DNA of 64,000 bases from an uncultured Caulobacterales bacterium (GCA_964486635.1 CAZAOB010000001.1:84745-148744); one strand, 5' to 3'. Positions 10,010 to 21,397 are shown, counted from the stretch's first letter. The notes: generated from the letters alone by a model not told the origin. Translations and numbers: made by a program.

Positions 10010-10189
10010 TCTTAGTTCTACTTTTCAAGGCAAACTCTCGTTCCTGCGGCGTCAAATAGAAGCGACTGCCAAAAATGCTGTTCCAATCGGCTCTGAAGGA
10101 TTTAAGGGATAGCCTCACGAACCGCAATCAAGCCAGTAATGCTCGCTACCCTCGATCCACACCAGCACGACCACGGAGCAGCCCAAGCC

Positions 10190-12334
10190 ATGCCCACAAG
10201 AGCCGAATTGACTATTGACCCGCAACTTACTGCGTTCGTCGAGAATGAAGCACTCAATGGCGTCGATGTCAGTGCGGACGAATTCTGGCGCGGGCTATCC
10301 GCGATCATAGCTGATCTGGGGCCTAAAAACGCGGACCTCCTCAACAAGCGTGATGCTCTGCAGGCCAAACTCGATGATTGGCACGGTCGTCATGCCAAAA
10401 CCTTCGATACTCAAGAGCTGACGACATTCCTCAACGAGATCGGATATCTCGCACCCGAGCCCGCGCCATTTGAGATTTCCACCGCGAACGTTGATGAAGA
10501 ACTCCGAGCCATCGCGGGGCCTCAGCTCGTTGTTCCCGCCAGTAACGCGCGTTACGCGCTTAACGCCGCCAATGCCCGCTGGGGCTCGCTCTACGACGCG
10601 CTTTACGGGACCGACGCGATTTCCGAAGAAGGCGGAGCCGAACGCGGCGGTGCGTATAACGCGGTGCGCGGCGCCAAAGCCATTGCCCGTGGCCGCGCCC
10701 TGCTCGATCTCGCGGCGCCGCTGGAGAACGGGTCGCATTCAGACACGCTCGCTTACGTCGTCGAAAACGGAGCGCTGACAGTCGAAACTGCTTCCGGCGC
10801 CACAAGCTTAAAACAGCCGGAAAAATTCGCCGGTTATCGCGGCGATCCCACATCCCCTTCCGCTATTTTGCTCAAGAACAACGGCCTGCATCTGGAAATC
10901 GTCATCGATCCCGCGAGCGCCATCGGAAAGACCGACAAGTCCGGCGTCGCGGACATTGTCATCGAAGCGGCGGTCAGCACCATCGTCGATTGCGAAGACT
11001 CAGTCGCCGCCGTCGATGCGGAAGACAAGGTCAGTGTCTATCGCAACTGGCTCGGCTTGATGAAGGGCGACCTCGAAGACACATTCCAAAAGGGCGGCAA
11101 ACAGGTCACGCGCAGACTCAATTCCGACCGCGACTTTGTTTCGCCGAACGGCAAGCCCCTCTCGCTTCATGGGCGGTCCATGTTGCTCGTCCGCAATGTC
11201 GGCCACCACATGCTGACCGGGATTATCAAAGACAAGAATGGCGACGAAGTCCCAGAGACCTTTATTGACGCAGCTGTGACGTCGCTCATCGCGCTGCACG
11301 ACCTCAAAAACGTCCGCAAAAACTCACGCGCCGGCTCAGTCTATATTGTCAAGCCGAAGCTGCACGGCCCGGAAGAAGTCGCCTTCGCCTGCGAATTGTT
11401 CGGCCGCATCGAAGCGATGCTCGGCATGACGAAAAACACCCTGAAAATCGGCGTTATGGACGAAGAAAAGCGCACTTCCGCAAATCTGTCGGCCTGCATT
11501 CATGCGGCGCGCGAACGGCTGGTATTCATCAATACCGGCTTCCTCGATCGTACCGGGGATGAAATCCACACGATCATGCACGGCGGAGCAGTTTTGCGTA
11601 AAGGCGCCATCAAGGACGCCGAATGGATCAAGGCCTATGAAGCGCGCAATGTCGGCATCGGCCTCGCCTGCGGGCTGTCTGGCCGCGCGCAGATCGGCAA
11701 GGGCATGTGGGCGGCGCCCGACATGATGGCGGCGATGCTGGAACAGAAAATCGGCCATCCCAAAGCAGGCGCCACAACTGCCTGGACGCCCTCGCCAACC
11801 GCTGCGGCGCTGCACGCCATGCATTATCATGAGGTCGATGTCTTTGCGCGTCAGCAAGAGCTCAAAGGCAAGAACACCGGCGATCTCGACAAGCTGCTGA
11901 CGCCGCCCTTTGCAGCCGGAGCGAATTTCTCAGAGGACGAAATCCGCGAAGAACTCGACAATAATGTCCAAGGCATTCTTGGCTATGTGGTGCGCTGGGT
12001 TGATCAGGGAGTCGGCTGTTCGAAAGTGCCGGACATTCACGATGTCGGCCTGATGGAAGACCGCGCGACCTTGCGCATTTCGTCTCAGCATATCGCCAAC
12101 TGGCTGATGCATGGCGTCGTTACGCGCGACCAGGTGATGGAGGCGCTGAAGCGCATGGCAGCTGTCGTCGACAAACAGAATGCCGGCGATCCGGCCTATG
12201 CTCCGATGGCGCCGGGCTTCGACGGGCCGGCATTCAAGGCCGCTTGCGCGCTGGTGTTTGACGGCGCAGAACAAGCCAATGGTTACACCGAGTTCCTGCT
12301 GACGAAGTTTCGCCTCGAAGCGAAGGCGCGCTAG
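10190..12334 (+). CDS. glcB: Malate synthase G
   Basis: Full-length similarity by eye to MSG (N-term ..[18 protein letters not shown].., ..[13 protein letters not shown].., ..MDEEKRTS.., ..[14 protein letters not shown]..). Start moved to ATG 10190 to match the usual MSG N-terminus. Confidence 0.95.
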   Translation: MPTRAELTIDPQLTAFVENEALNGVDVSADEFWRGLSAIIADLGPKNADLLNKRDALQAKLDDWHGRHAKTFDTQELTTFLNEIGYLAPEPAPFEISTANVDEELRAIAGPQLVVPASNARYALNAANARWGSLYDALYGTDAISEEGGAERGGAYNAVRGAKAIARGRALLDLAAPLENGSHSDTLAYVVENGALTVETASGATSLKQPEKFAGYRGDPTSPSAILLKNNGLHLEIVIDPASAIGKTDKSGVADIVIEAAVSTIVDCEDSVAAVDAEDKVSVYRNWLGLMKGDLEDTFQKGGKQVTRRLNSDRDFVSPNGKPLSLHGRSMLLVRNVGHHMLTGIIKDKNGDEVPETFIDAAVTSLIALHDLKNVRKNSRAGSVYIVKPKLHGPEEVAFACELFGRIEAMLGMTKNTLKIGVMDEEKRTSANLSACIHAARERLVFINTGFLDRTGDEIHTIMHGGAVLRKGAIKDAEWIKAYEARNVGIGLACGLSGRAQIGKGMWAAPDMMAAMLEQKIGHPKAGATTAWTPSPTAAALHAMHYHEVDVFARQQELKGKNTGDLDKLLTPPFAAGANFSEDEIREELDNNVQGILGYVVRWVDQGVGCSKVPDIHDVGLMEDRATLRISSQHIANWLMHGVVTRDQVMEALKRMAAVVDKQNAGDPAYAPMAPGFDGPAFKAACALVFDGAEQANGYTEFLLTKFRLEAKAR

Positions 12335-13725
12335 CGATCTGAAAATCCGAACGGCGCAATGGTGCGGCGGTAATCGTCGGGTAGGACTTGCCGCCCGATC
12401 GGCGGTTCTGCGCGAGCCGTGCATTCAATGCGATGACAAAGGCGACAGGCGACACCAATTGGCGCAGGCGTTTCAGCCGCCTGATCGCGATCCTGGGCGT
12501 AAACAAGACGGTGGGCATGTTTTGCCTCGCAGCCTAACGCCACCGCGCGCTCTATTCGCGGCATCCCGTATGCGCCGCCGCCCGCGGTCACTGTGCGCAC
12601 GATGGAGAAAAACTTCTCGCCATCCGGCAATTCAACCCATTCTGTAATAATTTCGCGCGGACGGCGAAACGCATGATGCAACGACCAGAGCGGGCACGAT
12701 CCGCCATGACGCGCAAAGGGAAAACCGGCCCCGTCGAGGCGCTTTGATACATTCCCCGCCGCATCAACACGAATAAAGAAAAACGGCACCCCTTCCTGCC
12801 CCGGTTTTTGCAGCGTCGTCAGGCGGTGAGCGACCTGTTCGAAGCTTGCGCCAAACTGGCGCGACAGGGCTTCTACATCGTATTTGCGCGCTTCGGCGGC
12901 TTTCACAAAACTGCGGTAAGGCATCATGATCGCGCCGGCTGCATAATTTGCGAGCGCGCGGCGGGTCAGCTTTTCGCTATTTTCAGAGGTGAACCCGCCA
13001 TCGGCGAGCGTTGCGTCAATTGTCTCGCGCATATCGAGATAGGCGATCTGCAACGCCAACTGGAAGCTCTGACTGGCGCGGTCGAGCGTGTCGTCGAGCA
13101 CGATTTCATTGCGGTGCCTGTCGAGCCGACGAACCGATCCGGCCATCACGTCAGCCGGCAGGCGCCGGACGCCGAGCTTGTGGCGGTCTTTGAAATACGC
13201 TGCGAAATTATTGTCGCTACCAATCTCGGCGGCAATGCGTTCGCCGTGATCATCTATGGCTGGAAAACAATTTCGCCGCGCCGACAGGAATCGCCTAGCT
13301 TCCGCCACGGGGTCCGGCGCTTCTACGGTTTCGTCACGGCGATCAGCCAGCGCGAGTTGGCCATCCTTATAGGCCGTGTACAGACGGATGATCGCCTCCG
13401 CCACCGATGGATAAGACCGCGACACGTCCTCCACATCCATGGACGACATTTCGAGATCGGCGAAAATCGGATCGCGGGTTACTGCATTAAGCCTTGCGCT
13501 GAACTCCTCACTGCGCTCGCCGGAAAGGCTTGCAATATCGAGGCGGTAGGCCTGTGCAAGCTTGAGCAGCATGTCAGCGGTCAAAGGCCGCTGATTGCGC
13601 TCCATGAGGGCGATATAGGACGCGGAAACGCCGAGATCTTCGGCCATCACGGCCTGGGTCAGCCCCATCTCCCGCCGCAGGCGGCGCAGGCGCGGGCCCA
13701 TATAAGCGGCGCGGTCTTTCGCCAT
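12331..13725 (-). CDS. ramB: XRE-family HTH regulator with ImmA/IrrE-like peptidase-fold and DUF2083-type C-terminus (RamB/ScfR family)
   Basis: N-terminal [38 protein letters not shown], central ..[14 protein letters not shown].., Cys-rich C-terminus (..CRLCHRIEC..). Positioned between glcB and aceA, as for regulators of acetate/glyoxylate-shunt genes. Confidence 0.8.
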   Translation of the reverse strand: MAKDRAAYMGPRLRRLRREMGLTQAVMAEDLGVSASYIALMERNQRPLTADMLLKLAQAYRLDIASLSGERSEEFSARLNAVTRDPIFADLEMSSMDVEDVSRSYPSVAEAIIRLYTAYKDGQLALADRRDETVEAPDPVAEARRFLSARRNCFPAIDDHGERIAAEIGSDNNFAAYFKDRHKLGVRRLPADVMAGSVRRLDRHRNEIVLDDTLDRASQSFQLALQIAYLDMRETIDATLADGGFTSENSEKLTRRALANYAAGAIMMPYRSFVKAAEARKYDVEALSRQFGASFEQVAHRLTTLQKPGQEGVPFFFIRVDAAGNVSKRLDGAGFPFARHGGSCPLWSLHHAFRRPREIITEWVELPDGEKFFSIVRTVTAGGGAYGMPRIERAVALGCEAKHAHRLVYAQDRDQAAETPAPIGVACRLCHRIECTARAEPPIGRQVLPDDYRRTIAPFGFSDR

Positions 13726-13907
13726 ATTCCGCCTCCCAGGTCATATTTTTACAATATTACAGCACAAATCTGTAAACTTTGACAACAGCACTTTTTCGCA
13801 CCTGCAAAATCAATTTTAACCGGACTATTTTCGCGTCAATGGCGGCGCAGGCCTCAGTTGCTGGCACCGCCACTGTCAAATTTATGAGTGATTTCAGAGG
13901 GATCGAC

Positions 13908-15509
13908 ATGACCTATTCGGAAAGCCTGAACGCAGCCAATCGCACGATCGACGCCAGAAACGGCCATTGGAACGGCATCGACGCCGAATCGGTAGCCCGC
14001 ATGCGCCTTCAGAACCGCTTTCACACCGGTCTCGATATCGCCCGCTACACCGCCAAGATCATGCGGGAAGACATGGCGGCCTATGACGCCGATCCCGCGC
14101 ATTACACTCAATCGCTGGGCTGCTGGCATGGTTTCATCGGCCAGCAGAAGATGATCGCCATCAAAAAGCATTTCGGCGAAACCAAGGGTAAATATCTCTA
14201 TCTCTCCGGCTGGATGGTAGCAGCGTTGCGTTCCGAATTCGGCCCGCTGCCTGACCAGTCCATGCATGAGAAGACGTCGGTTCCCGCACTCATCGAGGAA
14301 CTCTACACCTTCCTTCGGCAAGCCGATGCACGCGAACTGGGCGGCCTCTTCCGCGAAATCGACAAGGCGCGCGAAGCCGGCGACCAGGTCCGTGAAAAGC
14401 AACTGCTGACACAGGTCGAAAACTTCCAGACACATGTTGTGCCGATTATCGCCGACATCGATGCGGGCTTCGGCAATGCGGAAGCGACTTACCTACTCGC
14501 CAAGAAAATGATCGAAGCGGGCGCTTGCGCGCTGCAGATCGAAAACCAGGTTTCCGACGAAAAGCAATGCGGCCATCAGGACGGCAAAGTCACCGTCCCT
14601 CATGAAGACTTCATCGCGAAAATCCGCGCCTGCCGCTATGCTTTCCTTGAACTCGGCATTGATGACGGGGTCATTGTTGCGCGCACCGACTCGCTCGGCG
14701 CCGGCCTGACCAAACAGATCGCATACAGCGCCGAGCCCGGCGATCTCGGCGACCAATACAATTCTTTCCTCGATTGCGAAGAGATTTCCGTCGATCAGAT
14801 TGGCAATGGCGACGTTCTGATTAATCGGGGCGGGAAGATCCTTCGCCCGAAGCGTTTGCGCTCAAACCTTTATCAGTTCCGCGCCGGTACGGGCGAAGAC
14901 CGTTGCGTTCTCGACTGCATCACCTCGCTGCAACACGGCGCCGACCTGCTCTGGATCGAAACCGAAAAGCCGCATGTGGAGCAGATCGCCGGCATGGTCG
15001 ACCGCATTCGCGAAGTCATTCCAAACGCCAAGCTCGTTTACAACAACTCGCCGAGCTTTAACTGGACACTGAACTTCCGTCAGCAGGTGTTCGACGCCTG
15101 GACGAAGGAAGGCAAGGACGTTTCTGCGTATAATCGCGACAAGCTGATGAGTGTCGATTACGATGATACCGAACTTGCGCACGAAGCCGATAACCGGATC
15201 CAGACCTTCCAGCGCGACGCGTCAAAACGCGCCGGCATCTTCCACCACCTGATCACCCTGCCGACCTATCACACGGCGGCGCTCTCGACTGACAATCTTG
15301 CGAAGAGGTATTTCGGCGATGAAGCCATGCTCGGCTATGTTAAGAATGTTCAGCGTGAGGAAATTCGCCAAGGCATCGCCTGCGTCAAGCACCAGAACAT
15401 GGCGGGTTCGGACATTGGCGACGACCACAAGGAATATTTTGCGGGCGATGCAGCCCTGAAAGCCGGCGGCAAGGACAACACAATGAACCAGTTCGCCGCT
15501 GCAAGTTAA
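13908..15509 (+). CDS. aceA: Isocitrate lyase (long, Pseudomonas-type form)
   Basis: ..MRLQNRFHTGLDIARYTAKIMREDMAAYD..YTQSLGCWHGFIGQQK.., catalytic-loop motif ..KQCGHQDGKV... Start set to ATG 13908 (MTYSES..) preceded by AGAGGGA; 13884 is an alternative. Confidence 0.95.
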   Translation: MTYSESLNAANRTIDARNGHWNGIDAESVARMRLQNRFHTGLDIARYTAKIMREDMAAYDADPAHYTQSLGCWHGFIGQQKMIAIKKHFGETKGKYLYLSGWMVAALRSEFGPLPDQSMHEKTSVPALIEELYTFLRQADARELGGLFREIDKAREAGDQVREKQLLTQVENFQTHVVPIIADIDAGFGNAEATYLLAKKMIEAGACALQIENQVSDEKQCGHQDGKVTVPHEDFIAKIRACRYAFLELGIDDGVIVARTDSLGAGLTKQIAYSAEPGDLGDQYNSFLDCEEISVDQIGNGDVLINRGGKILRPKRLRSNLYQFRAGTGEDRCVLDCITSLQHGADLLWIETEKPHVEQIAGMVDRIREVIPNAKLVYNNSPSFNWTLNFRQQVFDAWTKEGKDVSAYNRDKLMSVDYDDTELAHEADNRIQTFQRDASKRAGIFHHLITLPTYHTAALSTDNLAKRYFGDEAMLGYVKNVQREEIRQGIACVKHQNMAGSDIGDDHKEYFAGDAALKAGGKDNTMNQFAAAS

Positions 15510-15592
15510 CCAGCTGGAACGAGCGGCCCGGACGTTCAGTTTCCACACCGGGCCGCAAGTTCCGGGCGTTTTCTGGGAGTGAACGCCAAACG

Positions 15593-15625
15593 GCCGCCGG
15601 AAGGAAACTTCCGGCGGCTCTTTTT
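15593..15625 (+). terminator. Rho-independent terminator after aceA (probably bidirectional, shared with convergent glk)
   Basis: Perfect 11-bp stem GCCGCCGGAAG / CTTCCGGCGGC with GAAA loop followed by TCTTTTT. The T-tract overlaps the glk stop codon on the other strand. Confidence 0.8.
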
Positions 15626-16583
15626 ACACTTCAGTCGTGGAGATTGCGGCAGCGCCGCGCAGAGCCGCATCGTCCGCAATAATGAGCTTTACTGGAACAT
15701 CTCCGACAAATGACGACATCGGGCCCTTGTCACGAAAGCACTTGCTAAATTTGCTCGCCAGCAGAATGTGACGGATTTTCGGGAGTATTCCGCCGCCAAG
15801 CACCACGCCGCCGCGCGCACCCGTCGACAATACAGCGTCGCCGACGACACGCCCGAGCACTTGGCAGAACAGGTCGAGCGCACGAACAGCACAAAGGTCA
15901 ACACCAGATGTCGCCGCCTCAGTGATGGATATGGCGCTGTGCTGAACAGCCTTCGCACCGCCCAATGAGGTGAGAGCTTGGTAAATGCTTTCAATTCCCC
16001 GCCCCGACAGCACGTGCTCAACAGTCACCCGGCCATGATCGTGTGAAAGTAACTCTGCAATGTTCTGTTCTTCAGTGGTTACCGGCGCGAACGCTACGTG
16101 CCCTCCTTCGGTGGAGATTATTTTCTCATGGGCGCCGCAAGGCACAATCAGCGCCTGCCCCAATCCCGTACCCGGTCCCATCACAATTGTCGGCGCGTCA
16201 GCACTTCCATCGCCCGGACAGATGTTCAAAAAGTCCCGTTGTTCGAGTTGTGGTACGCCGGAGGCCAGCGCATAGAAGTCGTTTACGACGTGAAAACGAG
16301 CGAATCCAAACGCCGCCTTCATGTTGGGAATGTTGACCGACCAGGAAGAATTTGTGAACTCAACTTGTGAGTCCGTCACGGGCCCTGCTACGGCGAAACA
16401 TGCCGAATCAGGTTTCGCGGCGATGTTTTGAACATAGTCTCTGACGACATCGTGCAGATTCGGATGACGAGCCACCAAGTACTTCTTCACGTGCTCAATT
16501 TTGATGCGACCGTCGCTCAGGACTGCTAGCCCGAGGCGCGCATTTGTGCCGCCAATGTCTGCAACAAGAACAGCATCCCTCAT
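15624..16583 (-). CDS. glk: Glucokinase
   Basis: N-terminal LVADIGGTNARLGL ATP motif and Glk-type body (..NDFYALA.., ..GPGTGLG.., ..EGGHV.FAP..). Confidence 0.9.
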   Translation of the reverse strand: MRDAVLVADIGGTNARLGLAVLSDGRIKIEHVKKYLVARHPNLHDVVRDYVQNIAAKPDSACFAVAGPVTDSQVEFTNSSWSVNIPNMKAAFGFARFHVVNDFYALASGVPQLEQRDFLNICPGDGSADAPTIVMGPGTGLGQALIVPCGAHEKIISTEGGHVAFAPVTTEEQNIAELLSHDHGRVTVEHVLSGRGIESIYQALTSLGGAKAVQHSAISITEAATSGVDLCAVRALDLFCQVLGRVVGDAVLSTGARGGVVLGGGILPKIRHILLASKFSKCFRDKGPMSSFVGDVPVKLIIADDAALRGAAAISTTEV

Positions 16584-16635
16584 GACTCACAGACTAAAGC
16601 GATTTCTTGACGCTCGCCAGCTGCCTTGGGTGGGT

Positions 16636-17949
16636 CTAGCTGGCCCAATCTTCCTTGAGACGCGGAGCGGTTAAGATGAACAAGCCAGCCGCGAGCAAAT
16701 AGAAGACCGTTCCGGACAGGATGGCGTAACGCAGCGATTCGTCTCCGAACTGCGCCGACAGCCCGTCCGAGATGGCTCCAATCGCCAGGTTGCCAAGGCC
16801 GATGCCAATCAGATTGTTGATGAACAGGAACAAGGCCGATGCCGTTGCGCGCATATTCGGCTGCACCAGCTGCTGAAAAGCGGCCAGAACCGGCCCTAGC
16901 CAGACGAGACTCAATGCCTGGAGCACCAAAAACGCCGGAAAGGCGATCCACAAATTTGGCGCCAAGACGCCGACAACAAAAAATGGAATGGTGGTCAAGA
17001 ACGCCGCCGCGGGCACCAGCGCATAGGCGGATTTTTTCGCCTGCCCATACTTGTCCGCCAGGACTCCGCCTAACGAAATCCCTACAACGCCGCCAAGCAG
17101 CAAGATGGTGGCGTAAAAGTACGACGCATAAAGCAATGGGCTCGGGTTTTCTGGAATCAAAAACGCCGGCATCCAAGAAAAGAATCCCGGCAAGGCCTCG
17201 CCGTAGCTCCGTACGAAAAATGACGGGAGCCAGAATATCAGGCCGTAACCCATCATGGACGAGCTTGCCGCGCCAAATGACAATCCCCAGAAACTGGGCT
17301 TGCGCACCAAGGTCGTCACAACTTCACCGATCGGTGCGGGCGTCGTTTGCGCTGAGGCGCTGTCGAGCCCGCCGCGTTTCGGCTCGCGCATGGTCAGGCG
17401 GAACACTGGAGCAATCGCAAGGCCGGCGACGCCGACTATGATGAACGCGGCGCGCCAATCGAGATAGCTGGTCAAAACGCCGCCCAGCAAAATCCCGAGC
17501 GCTGAACCAATGGGAATGCCATAGGAATAAATTGCTAGCGCGCGGGCGCGTTTTTCGGGCGGGAAATAATCAGCGATCAGCGAATAGGCCGGCGCCACAC
17601 CGCCCGCCTCACCTACGCCGACGCCCAGACGCGCGAGAAACAGTTGTGTGAAGTTCTGCGCCAGGCCGCAAGCCGCCGTCATGGCGCTCCAGATCGCGAG
17701 CGCAATAGTCATGATCCAGACACGGCTTCGACGATCGGCAAGCATCGCGATCGGAATGCCCAGAAACGTGTAAAACAATGCGAAGGCAAGCCCGCCCATC
17801 AGACTGAGTTGCGTATCGGTGAGCGCCAGTTCCGCCTTGATAGGTACAGCAAGGATGCCGACGATCTGGCGGTCGATGAAATTAAATGTGTAAACGACGA
17901 CCAGTATAAAAAGCACATAGCCGCGATAGATCGGTGACGCCGTCCGCAT
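16636..17949 (-). CDS. MFS transporter (spinster-like subgroup)
   Basis: 12-TM-like hydrophobic ORF with the MFS loop motif ..LADRRSRVWIM... The next gene upstream ends 1 nt before its start. Confidence 0.85.
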   Translation of the reverse strand: MRTASPIYRGYVLFILVVVYTFNFIDRQIVGILAVPIKAELALTDTQLSLMGGLAFALFYTFLGIPIAMLADRRSRVWIMTIALAIWSAMTAACGLAQNFTQLFLARLGVGVGEAGGVAPAYSLIADYFPPEKRARALAIYSYGIPIGSALGILLGGVLTSYLDWRAAFIIVGVAGLAIAPVFRLTMREPKRGGLDSASAQTTPAPIGEVVTTLVRKPSFWGLSFGAASSSMMGYGLIFWLPSFFVRSYGEALPGFFSWMPAFLIPENPSPLLYASYFYATILLLGGVVGISLGGVLADKYGQAKKSAYALVPAAAFLTTIPFFVVGVLAPNLWIAFPAFLVLQALSLVWLGPVLAAFQQLVQPNMRATASALFLFINNLIGIGLGNLAIGAISDGLSAQFGDESLRYAILSGTVFYLLAAGLFILTAPRLKEDWAS

Positions 17950-18906
17950 CTATTCGGTTTCCGCAGGCGTGACCGCATCGCCATGCAGAAATGCGATCGC
18001 ATCGGCGACGGTGTCGGCAGGCGATTCTTCCTGAGCAGCATGACCGACACCCGGATAGGTGATCATCGTTGCATTTGGAATCGCGGCCTCAATATCTCTT
18101 CCCTGTTGGATCGGAATGATGACATCTCCCTCGCCCCATTGGATTAGCGTTGGCGACATAATTCGAGAGAGCGCCTCGGTGGGGTCAGGCAGCGTGAATT
18201 CTTCAAGCGACTCAATCAGGGCCTCGCCATTTCCTTCACGATGAATCATGTCCCGCATCACCGCAACTCGTTCATCCGTGATTTTAGAATCGTCGGCATA
18301 TATGTAGCCCGCGCTAGCGCGCACACCCGCTTCCGGAGCAGTCATGAGATAGACTTTCATTGCCGCCGGAATTTCGGCTGGCGTATCAGCCGCACCATTC
18401 AATGGATACGCTCCCGGCGAAATCAGGATAAGCTTCTCGACACGTTCTGGATGTTCTGAAGCAAAGCGCCAAGCAGCCAGGCCGCCAAGAGAATTTCCGG
18501 CAATGTTGGCGCGGTCTATGCCCAGTGCGTCCATAATATCGCCGATGGTTTGCGCGCGCTCTGTCGGCGAGTAGCGCTTTTTGGGATCAGGGCCGGTCAA
18601 GCCGTGTCCCATCAAGTCATAGCGAATGACGCGGTGATCGGACTTCAGGACGTCCGCCCACGCGTTCCAAGTTTCCAGGCTATGCGTGAAGCCGTGTACC
18701 AGAATGATCGGCGGCGCATCTTCTGCTCCCTCGATCCGCACCCGGACGCGCGCGCCGTCGACATTCACAAAGCGGTCGTCAGCGCTGAGATACTTTTCCT
18801 CCAGCGCTGACGCGGCTTCTCCCCCTGCAAAATTGAAATACGTGAAAGCGCCTATCGCCCCAATCACGACAATCAGTATCGCCAAGACCGCCAGAAGTTT
18901 CTTCAC
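17950..18906 (-). CDS. Membrane-anchored alpha/beta-fold hydrolase
   Basis: N-terminal TM anchor MKKLLAVLAILIVVIGAIGAF, HG oxyanion motif (ILVHGFTHS), nucleophile elbow GNSLGG, C-terminal ..GVGHAAQEE... Confidence 0.85.
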   Translation of the reverse strand: MKKLLAVLAILIVVIGAIGAFTYFNFAGGEAASALEEKYLSADDRFVNVDGARVRVRIEGAEDAPPIILVHGFTHSLETWNAWADVLKSDHRVIRYDLMGHGLTGPDPKKRYSPTERAQTIGDIMDALGIDRANIAGNSLGGLAAWRFASEHPERVEKLILISPGAYPLNGAADTPAEIPAAMKVYLMTAPEAGVRASAGYIYADDSKITDERVAVMRDMIHREGNGEALIESLEEFTLPDPTEALSRIMSPTLIQWGEGDVIIPIQQGRDIEAAIPNATMITYPGVGHAAQEESPADTVADAIAFLHGDAVTPAETE

Positions 18907-18934
18907 GTCTCAATCCCCGCGTTGAATTCTAAAT

Positions 18935-18968
18935 CAGGGAGGGCGACCCTAAAGGATAGCCCTCCCTG
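18935..18968 (-). terminator. Hairpin downstream of the TonB-dependent receptor gene (putative terminator)
   Basis: 10-bp inverted repeat CAGGGAGGGC ... GCCCTCCCTG with a 14-nt loop, 20 nt after the stop at 18989. On the minus strand it is followed by ATTTAGAATT. Confidence 0.5.
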
Positions 18969-18988
18969 AAACCACAGTTCCGTGCGGT

Positions 18989-21397
18989 TTAGAACGCAAG
19001 CTCGATCGAGCCGAAGACGCGGCGCGGATCGCCGTAGAACGACGTCAAGACGCCGGAAAGGCCAAGCGCAGAATTGCCGAATTCCGGCAAGGTGGTTACG
19101 AAGTCATACCCGGCTACGATGTACTCTTTGTTGAGCAGGTTCGTACCGTGTACCGAAACCTTCAATCCGCCATCAGACGACGTCCAGCTGACGCCGGCAT
19201 TCATCAGGAAGAACCCGGGCTGATCCAGCGCCGCGGAAGCGTATCCAAACTGATGCGTCAAACCGCGATAAGAGGCGGAGGTGTAGATGCGCGCTTCACC
19301 ATCTTCTCCCAACATCGACATCGGCTTTGTGTAAGCCAGCTGACTAAACGCTGTGACTTCTGGCGTGTTCTGGAAGCGCGCCACGTCGGAAATGTCCGTG
19401 CCGGTACGTCCGAGATACTCATCAAATTCAGCGTGGATATAGCCGAGCGAGAACTGATAGTTCAGGGCGTCGCCGGAATGGAACATGTCCTCGCCGACTA
19501 GCGCGTTGCCCTCGAGTTCAAAGCCGTAAAGCGTCGCGGCGGCGGCGTTTGTCGTCACACCAGCAAACGTTTCGGCGATGCCGTCCATGTCCGCATCAAT
19601 GCCGACCGAGCCCGGCACCTGCACATCGGTGTAGTCGCTATAGAACACCGCGAGACTTGAGCGCAAACGCCCGCCGAACAGGTTGTTCTTCCAGCCGCCT
19701 TCATAGGTCGTGATGTTTTCCGGATCGAAGCCGCAGAACGCCACCTGGTCCTCATAGTCCGTGGCGCCGGGCATGCCGTCGCCATCTAGGTCTGGGGCGG
19801 CCGCCGCGCCGCAGCGCGGGTCAAAGCTGCCGCCTTTGAAGCCTTGAGAGTATGAGAAATAGAGTGTGTGTTCGTCGCTTGGCTGCCAGGTAATGGATGC
19901 GCGCGGGCTGAAATCGGTAAAGTTGGCAGTGGCGTCGAGATCAGCATCGATAAGGGTCGGCGCCCGGTCCGGACCGCCAAAAGTCGGCGAAAAACCAGCC
20001 GTAAAGTAGCGCGAACGATCAAGCGAGATTGAACGATCATCGTCGGTGTACCGTCCACCTACAGAAATCGCGAGCGTATCTGTCAGATCGAACGTGAAGT
20101 CGCCGAAGATCGACCATGTCTTGGTGCCAACATCGGTTGAGGTGTACGCGTTGACGCCGTCCAGCATCAACAGATCCGCAGTGAGGTCCAGCACGACGTC
20201 AAACTGGGTAAGCGCGTCAGCGTCCAGATAGTAGAAACCGACCAATCCGTTCAGACGATCGCTTTCGTATATGATCTGAAACTCTTCGCTGAACTGAGAG
20301 TTGTCGTAGAGCCCCGGCACGTCGAGATCGACTTCGGGCAAACTGTCGAAGTCGATAGGTCCATCGGAGCGATCCTCCCGATATGCGAGAATGTTTTTCA
20401 GCGTAAAGTTTTCGCTCGCCTGCCATTCGACGACGCCAGTAACACCTTTGGCCGTGATTTTCTGGGTCGGCGTATTCAAGCCCGCACGTGTATCGAACAC
20501 ATTGTCGAGGACAGGATAAACATTGGCGCCGATTGTGACTGGCAACAACCGGTGGCCCTGCTTTGGATCAGAATTGTCTTCCGACCAGTCGCCTGAGATC
20601 CGGAATGACAATGTGTCCATCGGATTCCACTCAACGGCGAGACGTGCGGCAAGCAAGTCCTTGTTGTAGTTTTCCAGACCAGGAATGTTCAGGTTTTCGC
20701 CATAACCGCCACGGCTAAAATAGGCCAGCGCCCCGCCCACCATCAGGTCACCGACGGCAGAGTCGATGGCAACCGGCACACTGAATGAACCGACGCCTTC
20801 CAGTTGATCATAGGTACCCGCAGTAAAGCGTACATTCGCGCGCGGATCTTCGCTCAGGCGGCGCGTCACGTACTTTACTGCGCCGCCGATCGTGTTGCGG
20901 CCGTACAACGTCCCCTGCGGACCGCGCAACACTTCGATGCGCTCGACTTCATAAATATCGAGCAGCGCCGCCTGCGGGCGATTCAGGTAGACGTCATCGA
21001 TGTAAATACCCACGCCTGCTTCGAAACCCGCCACCGGATCCTGTTGTCCGACACCACGAATAAAGGCGGTCAGCGTTGAGTTCGTCGCGCGCGACGTCTC
21101 CAGCGTAACGTTTGGTGTTACTGCTTCCAGGTCTGTGAGGTCAGACGCGCCAAGATCAGAGAGTTGATCGGCGTTATATGCACTGACTGCAACCGGAACA
21201 TCTTGCAACGATTCATCCCGACGGCGCGCAGACACGATGATGACATCGTCGTCGGCCTCTGACGCCCCGATTTGCGCCATGGCGCTGCCTGTTGCGACAG
21301 ACAAGGTCAGTGTTGAGCAAAAGGCCAACAAAGTCGCCTTGCCAGAACACGAGATAATTTTGGACAGATTTCCGCCAGCCATGGTCAAGCCTCCCAA
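18989..21397 (-). CDS. TonB-dependent outer-membrane receptor
   Basis: Signal peptide, plug-domain motifs (..IIVSARRRDESLQDVPVAVS.., ..IEVLRGPQGTLYGRNTIGG..) and C-terminal beta-barrel ending ..GSIELAF. Confidence 0.9.
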   Translation of the reverse strand: MGGLTMAGGNLSKIISCSGKATLLAFCSTLTLSVATGSAMAQIGASEADDDVIIVSARRRDESLQDVPVAVSAYNADQLSDLGASDLTDLEAVTPNVTLETSRATNSTLTAFIRGVGQQDPVAGFEAGVGIYIDDVYLNRPQAALLDIYEVERIEVLRGPQGTLYGRNTIGGAVKYVTRRLSEDPRANVRFTAGTYDQLEGVGSFSVPVAIDSAVGDLMVGGALAYFSRGGYGENLNIPGLENYNKDLLAARLAVEWNPMDTLSFRISGDWSEDNSDPKQGHRLLPVTIGANVYPVLDNVFDTRAGLNTPTQKITAKGVTGVVEWQASENFTLKNILAYREDRSDGPIDFDSLPEVDLDVPGLYDNSQFSEEFQIIYESDRLNGLVGFYYLDADALTQFDVVLDLTADLLMLDGVNAYTSTDVGTKTWSIFGDFTFDLTDTLAISVGGRYTDDDRSISLDRSRYFTAGFSPTFGGPDRAPTLIDADLDATANFTDFSPRASITWQPSDEHTLYFSYSQGFKGGSFDPRCGAAAAPDLDGDGMPGATDYEDQVAFCGFDPENITTYEGGWKNNLFGGRLRSSLAVFYSDYTDVQVPGSVGIDADMDGIAETFAGVTTNAAAATLYGFELEGNALVGEDMFHSGDALNYQFSLGYIHAEFDEYLGRTGTDISDVARFQNTPEVTAFSQLAYTKPMSMLGEDGEARIYTSASYRGLTHQFGYASAALDQPGFFLMNAGVSWTSSDGGLKVSVHGTNLLNKEYIVAGYDFVTTLPEFGNSALGLSGVLTSFYGDPRRVFGSIELAF

